From Candidatus Aminicenantes bacterium (GTDB lineage Bacteria > Acidobacteriota > Aminicenantia > Aminicenantales > Aminicenantaceae): DNA of 64,000 nt. This document shows positions 9,729 to 19,488 of this stretch, one piece after another. Made by a program: the position numbers and the translations under genes. Where the stretch lies: NCBI GenBank assembly GCA_011049545.1, contig DRHQ01000080.1, positions 6,679 through 70,678 of the forward strand. Direction: 5' to 3'. The notes beneath the pieces are model-generated. The model was not told where the DNA came from, searched no databases, and was given only the letters and a program-made list of their open reading frames with translations. Within the stretch, counting starts at the first letter, position 1; each line of letters opens with the position of its first letter.

Positions 9729-10922
9729 ATGAATCCGCCGATAAGAAAGATTGCGGTTTTTACAGGGAATAGAGCCGAATATGGCCTTCAATATCCTATC
9801 CTGAAAGCCATCGCTGCCCATCCAAATCTTGAATATTTCCTTCTGGTCTCTGGGGCTCATCTTCAAGAAGATTTTGGCTATACACTCCGGGAAATTCAGG
9901 AAGATGGATTTAAGGTTCATGCTGAAGTGAAACTTGACATGGAGGAAGATACTCTATTTTCTACAGCCCAGGCAATCGGTTCAGGCGTCTTAAGCCTGAG
10001 CCGTATTCTTGATAAAATCAAGCCTGATTTCCTTGTAGTCTATGCTGATCGATTCGAGGGATTTTCAGCAGTCATCAGCGGAACACAGATGAATATTCCT
10101 ACCGCCCATATTGAAGGCGGAGACCTCACCGAAGGTGGAGCTCTCGATGATTCAGTCCGGCATGCGATGACTAAGTTGGCTCACCTTCATTTTACTACTA
10201 ACGAAAAGGCTGCTGATCGAGTACGCCGATTAGGTGAAGAGCCCTGGAGAGTTTTTAATGTGGGATTTCCTGCTGTTGACCTTATTGTTTCTGGGGATTT
10301 TGCAAATCCGAAAGAGCTCAAGGAAAAGTACGGAATGAGCCGTGATATGCCTCTTGTTATTTTTACGCAGCATTCTGTAACCACAGAATTTGAGGACGCT
10401 GCAAATCAGGTTAAACCCTCGTTGGAAGCCATGCGAATTCTGGCCAAAGAAGAATGTCAAGTTATTGTGACTTACCCGAACAATGATGCTGGAGGAAGAC
10501 GGATTATCAAGGAAATTGAAAAGCTAAGGAAAGAAAAGCTAAATAATATTAAAATTCATGAGAGCCTTGGGCGTTTCTATTTTCATGGAACCCTGAATCT
10601 TTGTGGAAGAGTTGGAAGAGGGGTATGTGTGGGAAATTCCTCAGGTGGTATCAAAGAAACTCCTAGTATGGGCTGTCCTGTAGTAAATATAGGATCGAGG
10701 CAAAAGGGCCGCTTGAGAGGTGATAATATAATTGATGTGGATTATAATAAAGATGAGATCTTAGCAGCTATAAGAAAAGCATTATATGATGAAGAATTCA
10801 GAAAAAAATGCCATAATGGTAAAAGTCCATACGGAGCTGGTAATGCAGGAAAACAGATTGCCAATATATTAGCGACAATTGATATCAATCTGGCACTGCT
10901 CCAAAAGAAAATGACTTATTAA
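9729..10922 (+). CDS. neuC: Hydrolysing NDP-sugar 2-epimerase (NeuC/LegG family)
   Basis: IAVFTGNRAEYGLQYPILKAI N-terminus, HIEGGD motif, and length typical of NeuC. Confidence 0.9.
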   Translation: MNPPIRKIAVFTGNRAEYGLQYPILKAIAAHPNLEYFLLVSGAHLQEDFGYTLREIQEDGFKVHAEVKLDMEEDTLFSTAQAIGSGVLSLSRILDKIKPDFLVVYADRFEGFSAVISGTQMNIPTAHIEGGDLTEGGALDDSVRHAMTKLAHLHFTTNEKAADRVRRLGEEPWRVFNVGFPAVDLIVSGDFANPKELKEKYGMSRDMPLVIFTQHSVTTEFEDAANQVKPSLEAMRILAKEECQVIVTYPNNDAGGRRIIKEIEKLRKEKLNNIKIHESLGRFYFHGTLNLCGRVGRGVCVGNSSGGIKETPSMGCPVVNIGSRQKGRLRGDNIIDVDYNKDEILAAIRKALYDEEFRKKCHNGKSPYGAGNAGKQIANILATIDINLALLQKKMTY

Positions 10923-10933
10923 ATACATTCAAA

Positions 10934-11983
10934 ATGAAAAATGAAGACATAAATCAATTTTGTCTAAAAGAGGCCTCTACAGTCCGGGAGTGTATGGAGG
11001 TCATCAATCAAAACAAACAGGGAATTGCCCTTGTTGTGAATCCTCAAGGTCGACTAATCGGTACAGTAACAGATGGTGATATTCGACGTTTCATCCTTGC
11101 GGCTCGATCTTTAGAAGAACCAGTTTCAAATGTGATGTGGACAAATCCTTTGACTGCACCTCTAGGTACTTCTGAAGAAGAAGTCAAAGAATTAATGAAT
11201 AAATATATGGTCAGGAATATACCTATCATTGACAAAAAAGGTCGCCCGCGCAATCTGATGACTATTACAGACCTTGTTTCTGAAAAGAGTGATTGTCAGA
11301 CGGCTGTTATAATGGCTGGAGGTGAGGGTAAAAGGTTAAGACCTATCACTGAAAAAATTCCGAAACCTATGCTAAATATAGGAGATAAGTCCATTATAGA
11401 AAATATCATTAATGCCTTTGTCGAAATTGGCATTGAAAAAATTTATATATCTGTTAACTACAAAGCAAAAGTTATCGAAGATTACTTAAAAAAATATGCT
11501 AGCCAAGGCGTAAAAATTGAGTATCTAGAAGAGCACAAAAAGCTAGGTACTGCCGGAGCATTGACACTCCTACCCGAGGCTCCTTCAAGGCCTTTTATTG
11601 TTATAAATGCAGACATAGTAACAAAAACAAATTTTGCTCGATTAATAGAGTTTCATAATCAGCACAGATGTGTTATGACTGTGGCCGCAACTCAATTTGA
11701 GTTCAACATACCCTATGGTGTTCTAAATCTGTCCGGGCATTATCTTCTAGGAATTCAGGAAAAACCCGAACAAAAATTACTCTGCAATGCCGGAATTTAT
11801 ATGATCAATCCTGAAGTTCTGCCTGTAATTCCAAAAGATACAGAATTCAATATGACCGATTTAATAAACGAATTAGTGAGAAAAGGACTTCCCCTTACAA
11901 CTTTTCCAATCCACGAATATTGGATTGATATCGGGAAGATGGAGGACCTTGAAAAGGCTAAGGATGATATTAAGGATTCTTAA
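10934..11983 (+). CDS. CBS-pair + sugar-phosphate nucleotidyltransferase (PtmE-like)
   Basis: An N-terminal tandem CBS region is followed by AVIMAGGEGKRLRPITEKIPKPML. Confidence 0.85.
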   Translation: MKNEDINQFCLKEASTVRECMEVINQNKQGIALVVNPQGRLIGTVTDGDIRRFILAARSLEEPVSNVMWTNPLTAPLGTSEEEVKELMNKYMVRNIPIIDKKGRPRNLMTITDLVSEKSDCQTAVIMAGGEGKRLRPITEKIPKPMLNIGDKSIIENIINAFVEIGIEKIYISVNYKAKVIEDYLKKYASQGVKIEYLEEHKKLGTAGALTLLPEAPSRPFIVINADIVTKTNFARLIEFHNQHRCVMTVAATQFEFNIPYGVLNLSGHYLLGIQEKPEQKLLCNAGIYMINPEVLPVIPKDTEFNMTDLINELVRKGLPLTTFPIHEYWIDIGKMEDLEKAKDDIKDS

Positions 11984-12981
11984 TGGGACAGTTTTGGAAA
12001 AATAAGAAAGTACTGGTTACTGGATCGGATGGATTTATTGGAAGCCATCTTGCTGAAAAACTGGCCAAAGAAGGTGCACGCGTTAGAGCGTTTGTCTACT
12101 ACAACTCCTTTGGTAGCTGGGGGTGGTTGGATCACACAAATCCTGATCTAATGAAAAACATAGAAATTTTTCCAGGGGATATTCGTGATCCCAATCGGGT
12201 TCTGGAGGCTGCAGAAGGCCAGGAGATTGTGTTCCATCTGGCCAGCCTCATCGCTATCCCTTACAGCTATCATGCGCCGGATAGTTATGTTCAGACCAAT
12301 GTGGGTGGAACATTGAATGTACTCAACGCTTCTATGAGGGCCAAAGTTAAACGCCTAATTCACACATCCACCAGCGAGGTCTATGGCACAGCCCAATACG
12401 TACCTATTGACGAAAAACATCCTTTACAAGGACAATCTCCTTATTCGGCTACCAAGATCGGTGCAGATATGCTTGCCGAAAGCTTCCATCGTTCTTTTGA
12501 TCTCCCGGTAACAATCATTAGACCTTTTAACACTTATGGGCCCCGACAGTCGGCCCGGGCTGTGATTCCAACCATATTGACTCAGTTATTTCAGGGAAGC
12601 AAACAGATAAAACTAGGTGCACTTCATCCAACTCGAGATTTCAATTTTGTGGAGGACACAGTTTCGGGATTTTTAGCATTAGCTGATGCTCCCACAGCAA
12701 TTGGCCGTGTGGTGAATGTAGGCTCAGGCAGGGAGATATCCATTCAAGACCTTGTGAATACTCTTTTTCGTGTTACCGGGAAAAAGGCTGAGGTTGTCTG
12801 CGAAAAAGAAAGATTAAGACCTGATAAGAGTGAAGTTGACCGCCTTTTATGCGATGCAACTCTGGCAAAGGAACTGACGGGCTGGCAACCTCGTTATACC
12901 CTTAAAGAAGGATTGAAGATTACAGCCCCCTGGATTGAAAAGCATCTTCATACTTATAGAACCAAAATCTATAGCATATGA
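11983..12981 (+). CDS. NDP-sugar 4,6-dehydratase (LegB-like, extended SDR)
   Basis: VLVTGSDGFIGSHL, YYNSFGSWGWLD and YSATKIGAD. Start overlaps the upstream stop (TAATG). Confidence 0.8.
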   Translation: MGQFWKNKKVLVTGSDGFIGSHLAEKLAKEGARVRAFVYYNSFGSWGWLDHTNPDLMKNIEIFPGDIRDPNRVLEAAEGQEIVFHLASLIAIPYSYHAPDSYVQTNVGGTLNVLNASMRAKVKRLIHTSTSEVYGTAQYVPIDEKHPLQGQSPYSATKIGADMLAESFHRSFDLPVTIIRPFNTYGPRQSARAVIPTILTQLFQGSKQIKLGALHPTRDFNFVEDTVSGFLALADAPTAIGRVVNVGSGREISIQDLVNTLFRVTGKKAEVVCEKERLRPDKSEVDRLLCDATLAKELTGWQPRYTLKEGLKITAPWIEKHLHTYRTKIYSI

Positions 12982-13059
12982 ACCTCCTGTTTTTGACACA
13001 GAGCAAAACCCAATAAATGAAAGATAAAAAATAGCTCTATATCCTATTTCCCCTATCTA

Positions 13060-14517
13060 ATGTCAGTAAAAGTAGTTCTAAAAAATACAGTATTTTATGC
13101 CCTGGCTAACGCTATCCAAAAAGGTTTCAGTTTTCTAATTCTCTTCATAGTAGCTCTGTTTTTAAGCACGGAAGAGTATGGGTATCTAGCTTTGATCCTT
13201 CTATTCTCCAATTTCGCATACACGATTGTTACCTCCACCATACATGGTTCTACGCTCAGGTTCTATGTCGACCTTGAGGGAGAAGAGAGAAAAAGATTCA
13301 TCGGCAGCACCCTGATTTATGTCATCACTTTTGGATTATTTCTCTTTCTCCTTATATCAATACAAGGACAATCACTTGTTTCCATTTTCTTTCCAAACTC
13401 GAACTTACCTTTTTATCCTTTATTTGCAATCAGTTTAGGGATTATGTTTTTAACCATACCCATGCCTGTAGTAAATGCTATTTTCAGGATAAAAGAAAAA
13501 CCAAAACATATTTTAGCCCTGGTCATTATAAGCTCAACAACAATTGTGGCTTTTGTTTACCTGTTTCTTGGTATTCTCCGAAAGGGGCTTAAAGGCTTGT
13601 TAACGGGCCACTTCATTGCAGCATTTATCATATTCTGGCTCTTTTTTTATATGATTAGAAAAGAATATCTTTTTAAATTTGATTGGAAATTACTTAAACC
13701 TGCTCTCATTTTCTCTCTGCCTTTAATGCCTTATATTTTTTTAGATTTTATACGAAGCCGCGCCGGTATATATATCCTTGAAAAATTTGTTGAAGCGAGC
13801 GAAGTGGGTGTTTTTTATTTTGGAGCGAATATCGGATTTGCTATGAGCGCCATAGTGAGCACTTTTGCCGCAGCTTATTCTCCCCGGATGTTCATTCTTC
13901 TTAAGGAAAAACCGTTAAGCACTGCAAAAGAAGAATTTAGCAGAATCTTTCTCTATATATATCTACTGATGACTTGTGCCTTTGTCTTTTTGAGTCTATT
14001 TAGCGAAGAAGTCATTTTATTATTCTTTTCTGAAATGTATCATGGTAGTTACAAAATCATACCTATTATTACTTTATCCTGTTTTATGGGCGGTGTTTAT
14101 TTGTTTTTTCACAATTCATTCTACTGGACAAAAAAAACATATTATACATCCTTATGCGCTTTTATCATGGCCGCTGTTACGATTACAGCTCAAATCATGC
14201 TTATTCCATCTTTCGGGATCATGGGGGCGGCATTTGGGCTCCTCTTGGGTCAAGCAACTGGGTTAATAAGCGGGTATATTTTTGGACAAAAAGTATTTCC
14301 TATGAATTATGGCTTTAAAAAATTAGCTTTTTTCACTATCACTGCAGTAGCAAGCGTTTTTATTATGGGGTATGTGTGGCCTGGAGGCATCAGCATTTGG
14401 AAAATTGCTGTTAAGATAGTATTGATGCTGAGCATATTAAAATTAATGCTTTCAAAAATCGACGTTGAAATTAAAGATATTCCCAGGAGAATCAAAGATT
14501 TTATGGGATTTTTATAA
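13060..14517 (+). CDS. wzx: Wzx-type oligosaccharide flippase (MOP superfamily)
   Basis: 485 aa, hydrophobic throughout with about 12-14 helices, inside a glycan locus. Confidence 0.7.
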   Translation: MSVKVVLKNTVFYALANAIQKGFSFLILFIVALFLSTEEYGYLALILLFSNFAYTIVTSTIHGSTLRFYVDLEGEERKRFIGSTLIYVITFGLFLFLLISIQGQSLVSIFFPNSNLPFYPLFAISLGIMFLTIPMPVVNAIFRIKEKPKHILALVIISSTTIVAFVYLFLGILRKGLKGLLTGHFIAAFIIFWLFFYMIRKEYLFKFDWKLLKPALIFSLPLMPYIFLDFIRSRAGIYILEKFVEASEVGVFYFGANIGFAMSAIVSTFAAAYSPRMFILLKEKPLSTAKEEFSRIFLYIYLLMTCAFVFLSLFSEEVILLFFSEMYHGSYKIIPIITLSCFMGGVYLFFHNSFYWTKKTYYTSLCAFIMAAVTITAQIMLIPSFGIMGAAFGLLLGQATGLISGYIFGQKVFPMNYGFKKLAFFTITAVASVFIMGYVWPGGISIWKIAVKIVLMLSILKLMLSKIDVEIKDIPRRIKDFMGFL

Positions 14518-14695
14518 TTCTCAAACAGAACAAGAACCGTCATGAAATTCATTCATAAGGAGAAAAGATGGGTTTGATGAATAAAGCCCCTACAAAAAAG
14601 AAAGAGATTGCCGCATTGCGTTCGCAATGACATTTTATTCCATTGTTTACTTATTGAGGGTTTGATAAATTAAACCTCAACAGGAAAAGAAAAAA

Positions 14696-15412
14696 ATGAA
14701 AGCGATTATTCTTGCAGGTGGAAAAGGAACACGTCTGGCTCCGTACTCTACTATATTACCTAAACCACTCATGCCCATTTGTGATATGCCTATCGTTGAA
14801 ATAATATTGAAGCAGCTTTCAAGCACAACTTTTAATGATATTGTTTTATCCGTCGGTCATTTAAGCTCACTCATAAGGGCTTATTTTGACTCTGTTACTA
14901 TTCCTGGAATTTCACTTTCCTATTCGCTGGAAAAAGAGCCTCTTGGCACAGCCGGGCCTATCAGACTTGTTCCCGAACTGAATGAAACTTTTTTATTAAT
15001 GAACGGCGACGTGTTAGCCAATATCGACTTTTCCAAATTATATGCATTTCACAAAAAAAAGAATTCTATGGCAACTATGGTAATCAATAAGCGGCATATA
15101 GACATAGATTTTGGTATTATCACTACTGAAAAGAATGAACGTGTGCTTGAGTATAATGAAAAACCAAAATATGAATATTTTGTGAGCGCTGGCATCTATT
15201 TATTTGAACCGGCAGTCCTTGAATATATCAAATCAGATAAACATCTTGACTTGCCTGACCTGGTCAAACGCCTGAAACAGGATGGACAGACTGTCCATGC
15301 CTATAATCACCTAGGATACTGGTTAGATATCGGCCGTCCCGCTGATTACGAAAAAGCCGTTCAGGACTTCTCCTCAAAAGAAGCCCTTTTTAGCAAGCTG
15401 CTAAATAAATAG
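14696..15412 (+). CDS. Sugar-1-phosphate nucleotidyltransferase
   Basis: MKAIILAGGKGTRLAPYSTILPKPLMPI signature. Specificity is not assignable. Confidence 0.85.
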   Translation: MKAIILAGGKGTRLAPYSTILPKPLMPICDMPIVEIILKQLSSTTFNDIVLSVGHLSSLIRAYFDSVTIPGISLSYSLEKEPLGTAGPIRLVPELNETFLLMNGDVLANIDFSKLYAFHKKKNSMATMVINKRHIDIDFGIITTEKNERVLEYNEKPKYEYFVSAGIYLFEPAVLEYIKSDKHLDLPDLVKRLKQDGQTVHAYNHLGYWLDIGRPADYEKAVQDFSSKEALFSKLLNK

Positions 15413-15598
15413 ATTTTATCATTTAATTCTAAAAGGCTAAACAGAAAACATTTATGTTAAAATATGTTTCCTGAAAAAGACAGATGATGTTTAGTTAAGA
15501 TGAGATTTAATAAAATTGTTCGAATAGGCAATCGAGAGGTTGGCCATGGCAGAATCGCTTTTGAAGACTGGAAAGGTAAAGTTAGATATAGATGAAGA

Positions 15599-16999
15599 AT
15601 GAATGAACAAGAAACAAAACCCAGAATTTTGATTAGTCTCAATAATGGATGGATCATCCGGAACTGGATTTACACAGGCATCCTTGACGACCTTGCAGAA
15701 AAGTTTGATGTAATGGTTCTTACTCCTGTTAAAGATGACCCGGAATTTCGCGATATCCTCTCAAAAAGAAAATTATCTATCAAGGTTTCTCTTCTACATG
15801 AGCTCGAAATTAATCCCTTCATCAAAATGATTCGGGGGATAAAAGATAAATTATTTTACGAGATTCATGGCCTGGAAACTCAAAAAATAAAAAGATTTGA
15901 TAGACGATATAATCTTTTTTTAAAGGGAGCGTCTTTATTCATCCTGGCTTTATCCAAGCTTCCTGGGGCAAATAGAATAGTCCTTCTGCTTGAACGATTT
16001 GATAATCTTCTCAACAGAAAAAAAATATATGAAGATGCTCTACACAGTTTCCATCCGGACTTATTTATCAGCACCCACCCATTCAGCAATACAGAACGTA
16101 AGGTAATAATCGAAGCCTATAGAGAAAAAATCCCAGTTTTAGCATCTATTTTGAGCTGGGATAACATATTCAACAAAGGGTTGCTTCCCCTCTTCTTTGA
16201 CAAAATCATAGTATGGAGCCAAATTCAGGAGGACAGGATTCTATCCTATTACCCTGAATATAATTCCAAACACATAGCCATATCCGGGATTCCTAACTTT
16301 GATATATATCGTTCAAAAGAATTTGAAGACTTTAAAAGACATGATTACCTGAAATCCATAAAAATCGATCCCGAATACAGAGTGCTGGTGTACTGTACTG
16401 GCCCTCCCAGTCTTTTCCCTAAAGAGCCTGAAATAGTGGATATTTTAATCAAGAATATGGACAAAGGGTCCATCCCTGATAACTGCCATTTGCTGGTCAG
16501 GTTACATCCCCATGATGATTTTGAACGATATGAGCCATTTCTCAATCACAAAAGAGTGACAATATTCAACTCAAGCCTTGATAAACAATCCCGCGATACT
16601 TTTACATGGATTCCTCCTGAAGATGAAATATTTGGCCTTATGGCCATGTTGAAAGCCAGTGACCTTTGTATCAATATTGCTTCAACAACTTCATTGGATG
16701 CTGCCGCTTGTGGAATTCCCATCATTAATGTGGTTTTTGACGGGTATAAAGATGAAAAATATTTAGGTTCTAACAGACGCTTTTATGATTTTACCCATTA
16801 TAAAGATGTTGTAAAAACAGGAGCTGTAAAATTAGTTTACAGCGAAAAAGAATTGATACATGCAATTAATCATTATTTAAAGAATCCTTCTTCAGATAAA
16901 GAAAAAAGAGGTAAATTGGTATCTGAACAATGCTGGAAACTGGATGGCAAATCATCAGAACGGGTCGTTAAGATCATTTCCGATTTCTTAACCAAATAA
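15599..16999 (+). CDS. Protein of unknown function; C-terminal half looks GT-B/TagF-like (putative glycosyl- or phospho-sugar transferase)
   Basis: Soluble 466 aa. Layout VLVYCTGPPS...LLVRLHPHD...SDLCINIASTTSLDAAACGIPIINV resembles the donor-binding half of GT-B/TagF-type enzymes. Weak, by-eye call. Confidence 0.45.
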   Translation: MNEQETKPRILISLNNGWIIRNWIYTGILDDLAEKFDVMVLTPVKDDPEFRDILSKRKLSIKVSLLHELEINPFIKMIRGIKDKLFYEIHGLETQKIKRFDRRYNLFLKGASLFILALSKLPGANRIVLLLERFDNLLNRKKIYEDALHSFHPDLFISTHPFSNTERKVIIEAYREKIPVLASILSWDNIFNKGLLPLFFDKIIVWSQIQEDRILSYYPEYNSKHIAISGIPNFDIYRSKEFEDFKRHDYLKSIKIDPEYRVLVYCTGPPSLFPKEPEIVDILIKNMDKGSIPDNCHLLVRLHPHDDFERYEPFLNHKRVTIFNSSLDKQSRDTFTWIPPEDEIFGLMAMLKASDLCINIASTTSLDAAACGIPIINVVFDGYKDEKYLGSNRRFYDFTHYKDVVKTGAVKLVYSEKELIHAINHYLKNPSSDKEKRGKLVSEQCWKLDGKSSERVVKIISDFLTK

Positions 17000-17005
17000 A
17001 AAAGA

Positions 17006-18439
17006 ATGAAAATTAAGTTTAACAAAAATATTTTATTGATTTGTTTCTTCTTTATTGTTGTTTTCGGTACTGGTATTTTCTTGCTCCGTGGTTTTTTTTC
17101 AGGATATTTAACAGGGATTCGTGGGGGATTGATATTTATTTTATTAACTGCAGGAGTATTATTAGCAGTCATTAGCCTACCACCACAGTTGCTAAAGCGC
17201 CATTTGCCACACATCTATTTTATAGCAATCGTATGGGGATATTTCTATCAAGTAATTCTGCTTTATGATGCCCCTCTTCATGCGTCTTTTTTCCGGTGCC
17301 TTTTTTATATCCTGTTGATTATAGGCATGGTACTTTTTCTATCAAACAAAAAAATTGATTTAAAATATTTATTACTGTTCTTCGGCTGGCTTTTTTTTAA
17401 TTTATTTTCATTACTGGGGAAAAAGGTTCCGGATGATGTCATAATGCTCTATTTTGTGGGTGTTGTCTTGCCGGGGCTTTTTGCTCTGGTGCTACATGTC
17501 TATTTTAAAACAGAGGGTACTTTCGAGCTCTTCACACGGGCAGTTTCGCTGGGAACCATTGGGATCCTTGGGGGGATGCTTCTGATTATGTTCCTGGCGA
17601 CAGTTCTTAAATGGGGCGATATAGCCCTGGCACGAAATGCCGCTAATCTCAATTATGGTGCAGGACTTTTGTTTCTCGCCTGGCCATTTATTACCTGGAA
17701 GCTCTATTCACATTCATTTCTTTCAAGAATTTTTATTATTCTGTTTATCACAGCCGTAGCCTTTTTTTCTTTCTCTCGCACAACCTTTTTCTTAACAATA
17801 ATGCTGATCATATTTACTTTCTTTATATCACAAAAAACGAACAAGAAAATCATAGTATCTTTTTTGTTAGCATTTTTGCTCATTGCGATATTTGCTCCTC
17901 AATCCATACTTTCTCACTGGTTAGCCAGATTCAACATAAAGCAATGGTCAGAAATATTACATCCGGAGAGATGGAAGGATATTGCTCTGACAGATCGAGC
18001 TAAAATATGGAGTTTTGCCTTAAATGCATTCTCTCAAAGCCCTTTAATTGGCCATGGACTTGGCAGTTTTTCTACTCTGGTATCCGAAAAGACCGCAGGG
18101 GTTGAAGAATATTCCGAAGCCCACAGCCTTACACTCACTGTGATGGCAGAGCGAGGAGTGATTGGTTTTGTCATGATAACCGGGATGATTTTATACATTT
18201 TGTTCAATTTATTGCTACGGTGGCGAGTAGAATCAGGGGTACGGAAGGAGTTCTTCATTCTTGCTCTTGTGAGTTTTTTCTGTTTTTTGGCATTTGCTCA
18301 TACAACCGGTGCTGAAATAATGAGGAGCGGCACTCTGTTTGTGGATGGAACATTAAGTGCATATCTTATGGTTTATTTAGTAATCACCATGTCATGGTCT
18401 CAAATTAGAGAAAAATCTCTACAACATGGAGATAAATAA
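17006..18439 (+). CDS. O-antigen polymerase/ligase family membrane protein (Wzy_C-type)
   Basis: Polytopic, with a large loop carrying GHGLGSF...AHSLTLTVMAERGVIGF, typical of the O-antigen ligase/polymerase domain. Confidence 0.75.
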   Translation: MKIKFNKNILLICFFFIVVFGTGIFLLRGFFSGYLTGIRGGLIFILLTAGVLLAVISLPPQLLKRHLPHIYFIAIVWGYFYQVILLYDAPLHASFFRCLFYILLIIGMVLFLSNKKIDLKYLLLFFGWLFFNLFSLLGKKVPDDVIMLYFVGVVLPGLFALVLHVYFKTEGTFELFTRAVSLGTIGILGGMLLIMFLATVLKWGDIALARNAANLNYGAGLLFLAWPFITWKLYSHSFLSRIFIILFITAVAFFSFSRTTFFLTIMLIIFTFFISQKTNKKIIVSFLLAFLLIAIFAPQSILSHWLARFNIKQWSEILHPERWKDIALTDRAKIWSFALNAFSQSPLIGHGLGSFSTLVSEKTAGVEEYSEAHSLTLTVMAERGVIGFVMITGMILYILFNLLLRWRVESGVRKEFFILALVSFFCFLAFAHTTGAEIMRSGTLFVDGTLSAYLMVYLVITMSWSQIREKSLQHGDK

Positions 18440-18527
18440 TCAAGTCAACATGGCGTTTGACTAAAGCATTACTAAAATAATCCATATATTGTACAGATTA
18501 TATCATCCTCCAAAGGTTTTATAAGAT

Positions 18528-19484
18528 ATGAAAAAGAGTAATTCCTTCTCCGGGCGAGTCCTTATAACGGGCGTGGGCGGTTTTAGCGGGAAATATCTAA
18601 GCTCATATTTACACAAAGAATACCCAGAGGCTGAGGTCTGGGGGATAGATATAAGCGAACAATCCCTTTCACTATCTTCAATAAACTTCATAAGGTCAGA
18701 TATAACGGATTACGACAACATCAAGAGAGCTATTGCCCGAATTCAGCCCGATACAATATTCCATCTTGCGGGAACCTTTGATTGCGGGAACTTGATGTCC
18801 TTGTATCAGGTAAATGCTATAGGAACAGAGCATCTTTTGAGGGCGACTACCTGTCTTTCGAAAAAAATACGAATTGTACTGGCCAGTTCGGCAGCTGTTT
18901 ACGGAACAGTCCTCCCTAAAGAAAACCCAGTCAAAGAAGAAAAGAAGGTAAGCCCGGTCAGTCATTACGGCCTAAGCAAACTCGCAATGGAAATGATCGG
19001 AACCATGTATGGACAGAGGGAAAATAACTTAGAGATCATTATTGCCAGGACCTTTAATCTAATCGGTTATGGACTTTCGCCTTTACTTCTGCCGGGAAAA
19101 CTGGCAAAAGAAATCCAGGAACTATCTAAATCGCAAGAAAGAAAACCGTTAAAGGTCGGTAACACAAATACAATCCGGGATTTTATTGACGTTAGGGATG
19201 CAGTTAAAGCTTTAGCCCTGTTAGCTATTCATGCTAAAGAGAACAATGCCTATAATATCGGTTCAGGAGTTGGCAATAAGATAAAAGACTTAATTAAATT
19301 ATTTATTGATAAAGTTGATCCAGACATTGAAGTATTGACAGACCGAAATCTTTTTAAAAAAAGTGACCCTGATATAGTAACGGCAGACATTTCAAAAATA
19401 AAAAACCATACTGGATGGAAGCCAGAGATAAAGTTAGATAAGTCTGTTCTGGATATTATTAAACTAATAAATAGACAGGTATGA
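18528..19484 (+). CDS. NAD-dependent epimerase/dehydratase/reductase family protein
   Basis: VLITGVGGFSGKYL and YGLSKLAME. Confidence 0.8.
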   Translation: MKKSNSFSGRVLITGVGGFSGKYLSSYLHKEYPEAEVWGIDISEQSLSLSSINFIRSDITDYDNIKRAIARIQPDTIFHLAGTFDCGNLMSLYQVNAIGTEHLLRATTCLSKKIRIVLASSAAVYGTVLPKENPVKEEKKVSPVSHYGLSKLAMEMIGTMYGQRENNLEIIIARTFNLIGYGLSPLLLPGKLAKEIQELSKSQERKPLKVGNTNTIRDFIDVRDAVKALALLAIHAKENNAYNIGSGVGNKIKDLIKLFIDKVDPDIEVLTDRNLFKKSDPDIVTADISKIKNHTGWKPEIKLDKSVLDIIKLINRQV

Positions 19485-19488
19485 GCTG

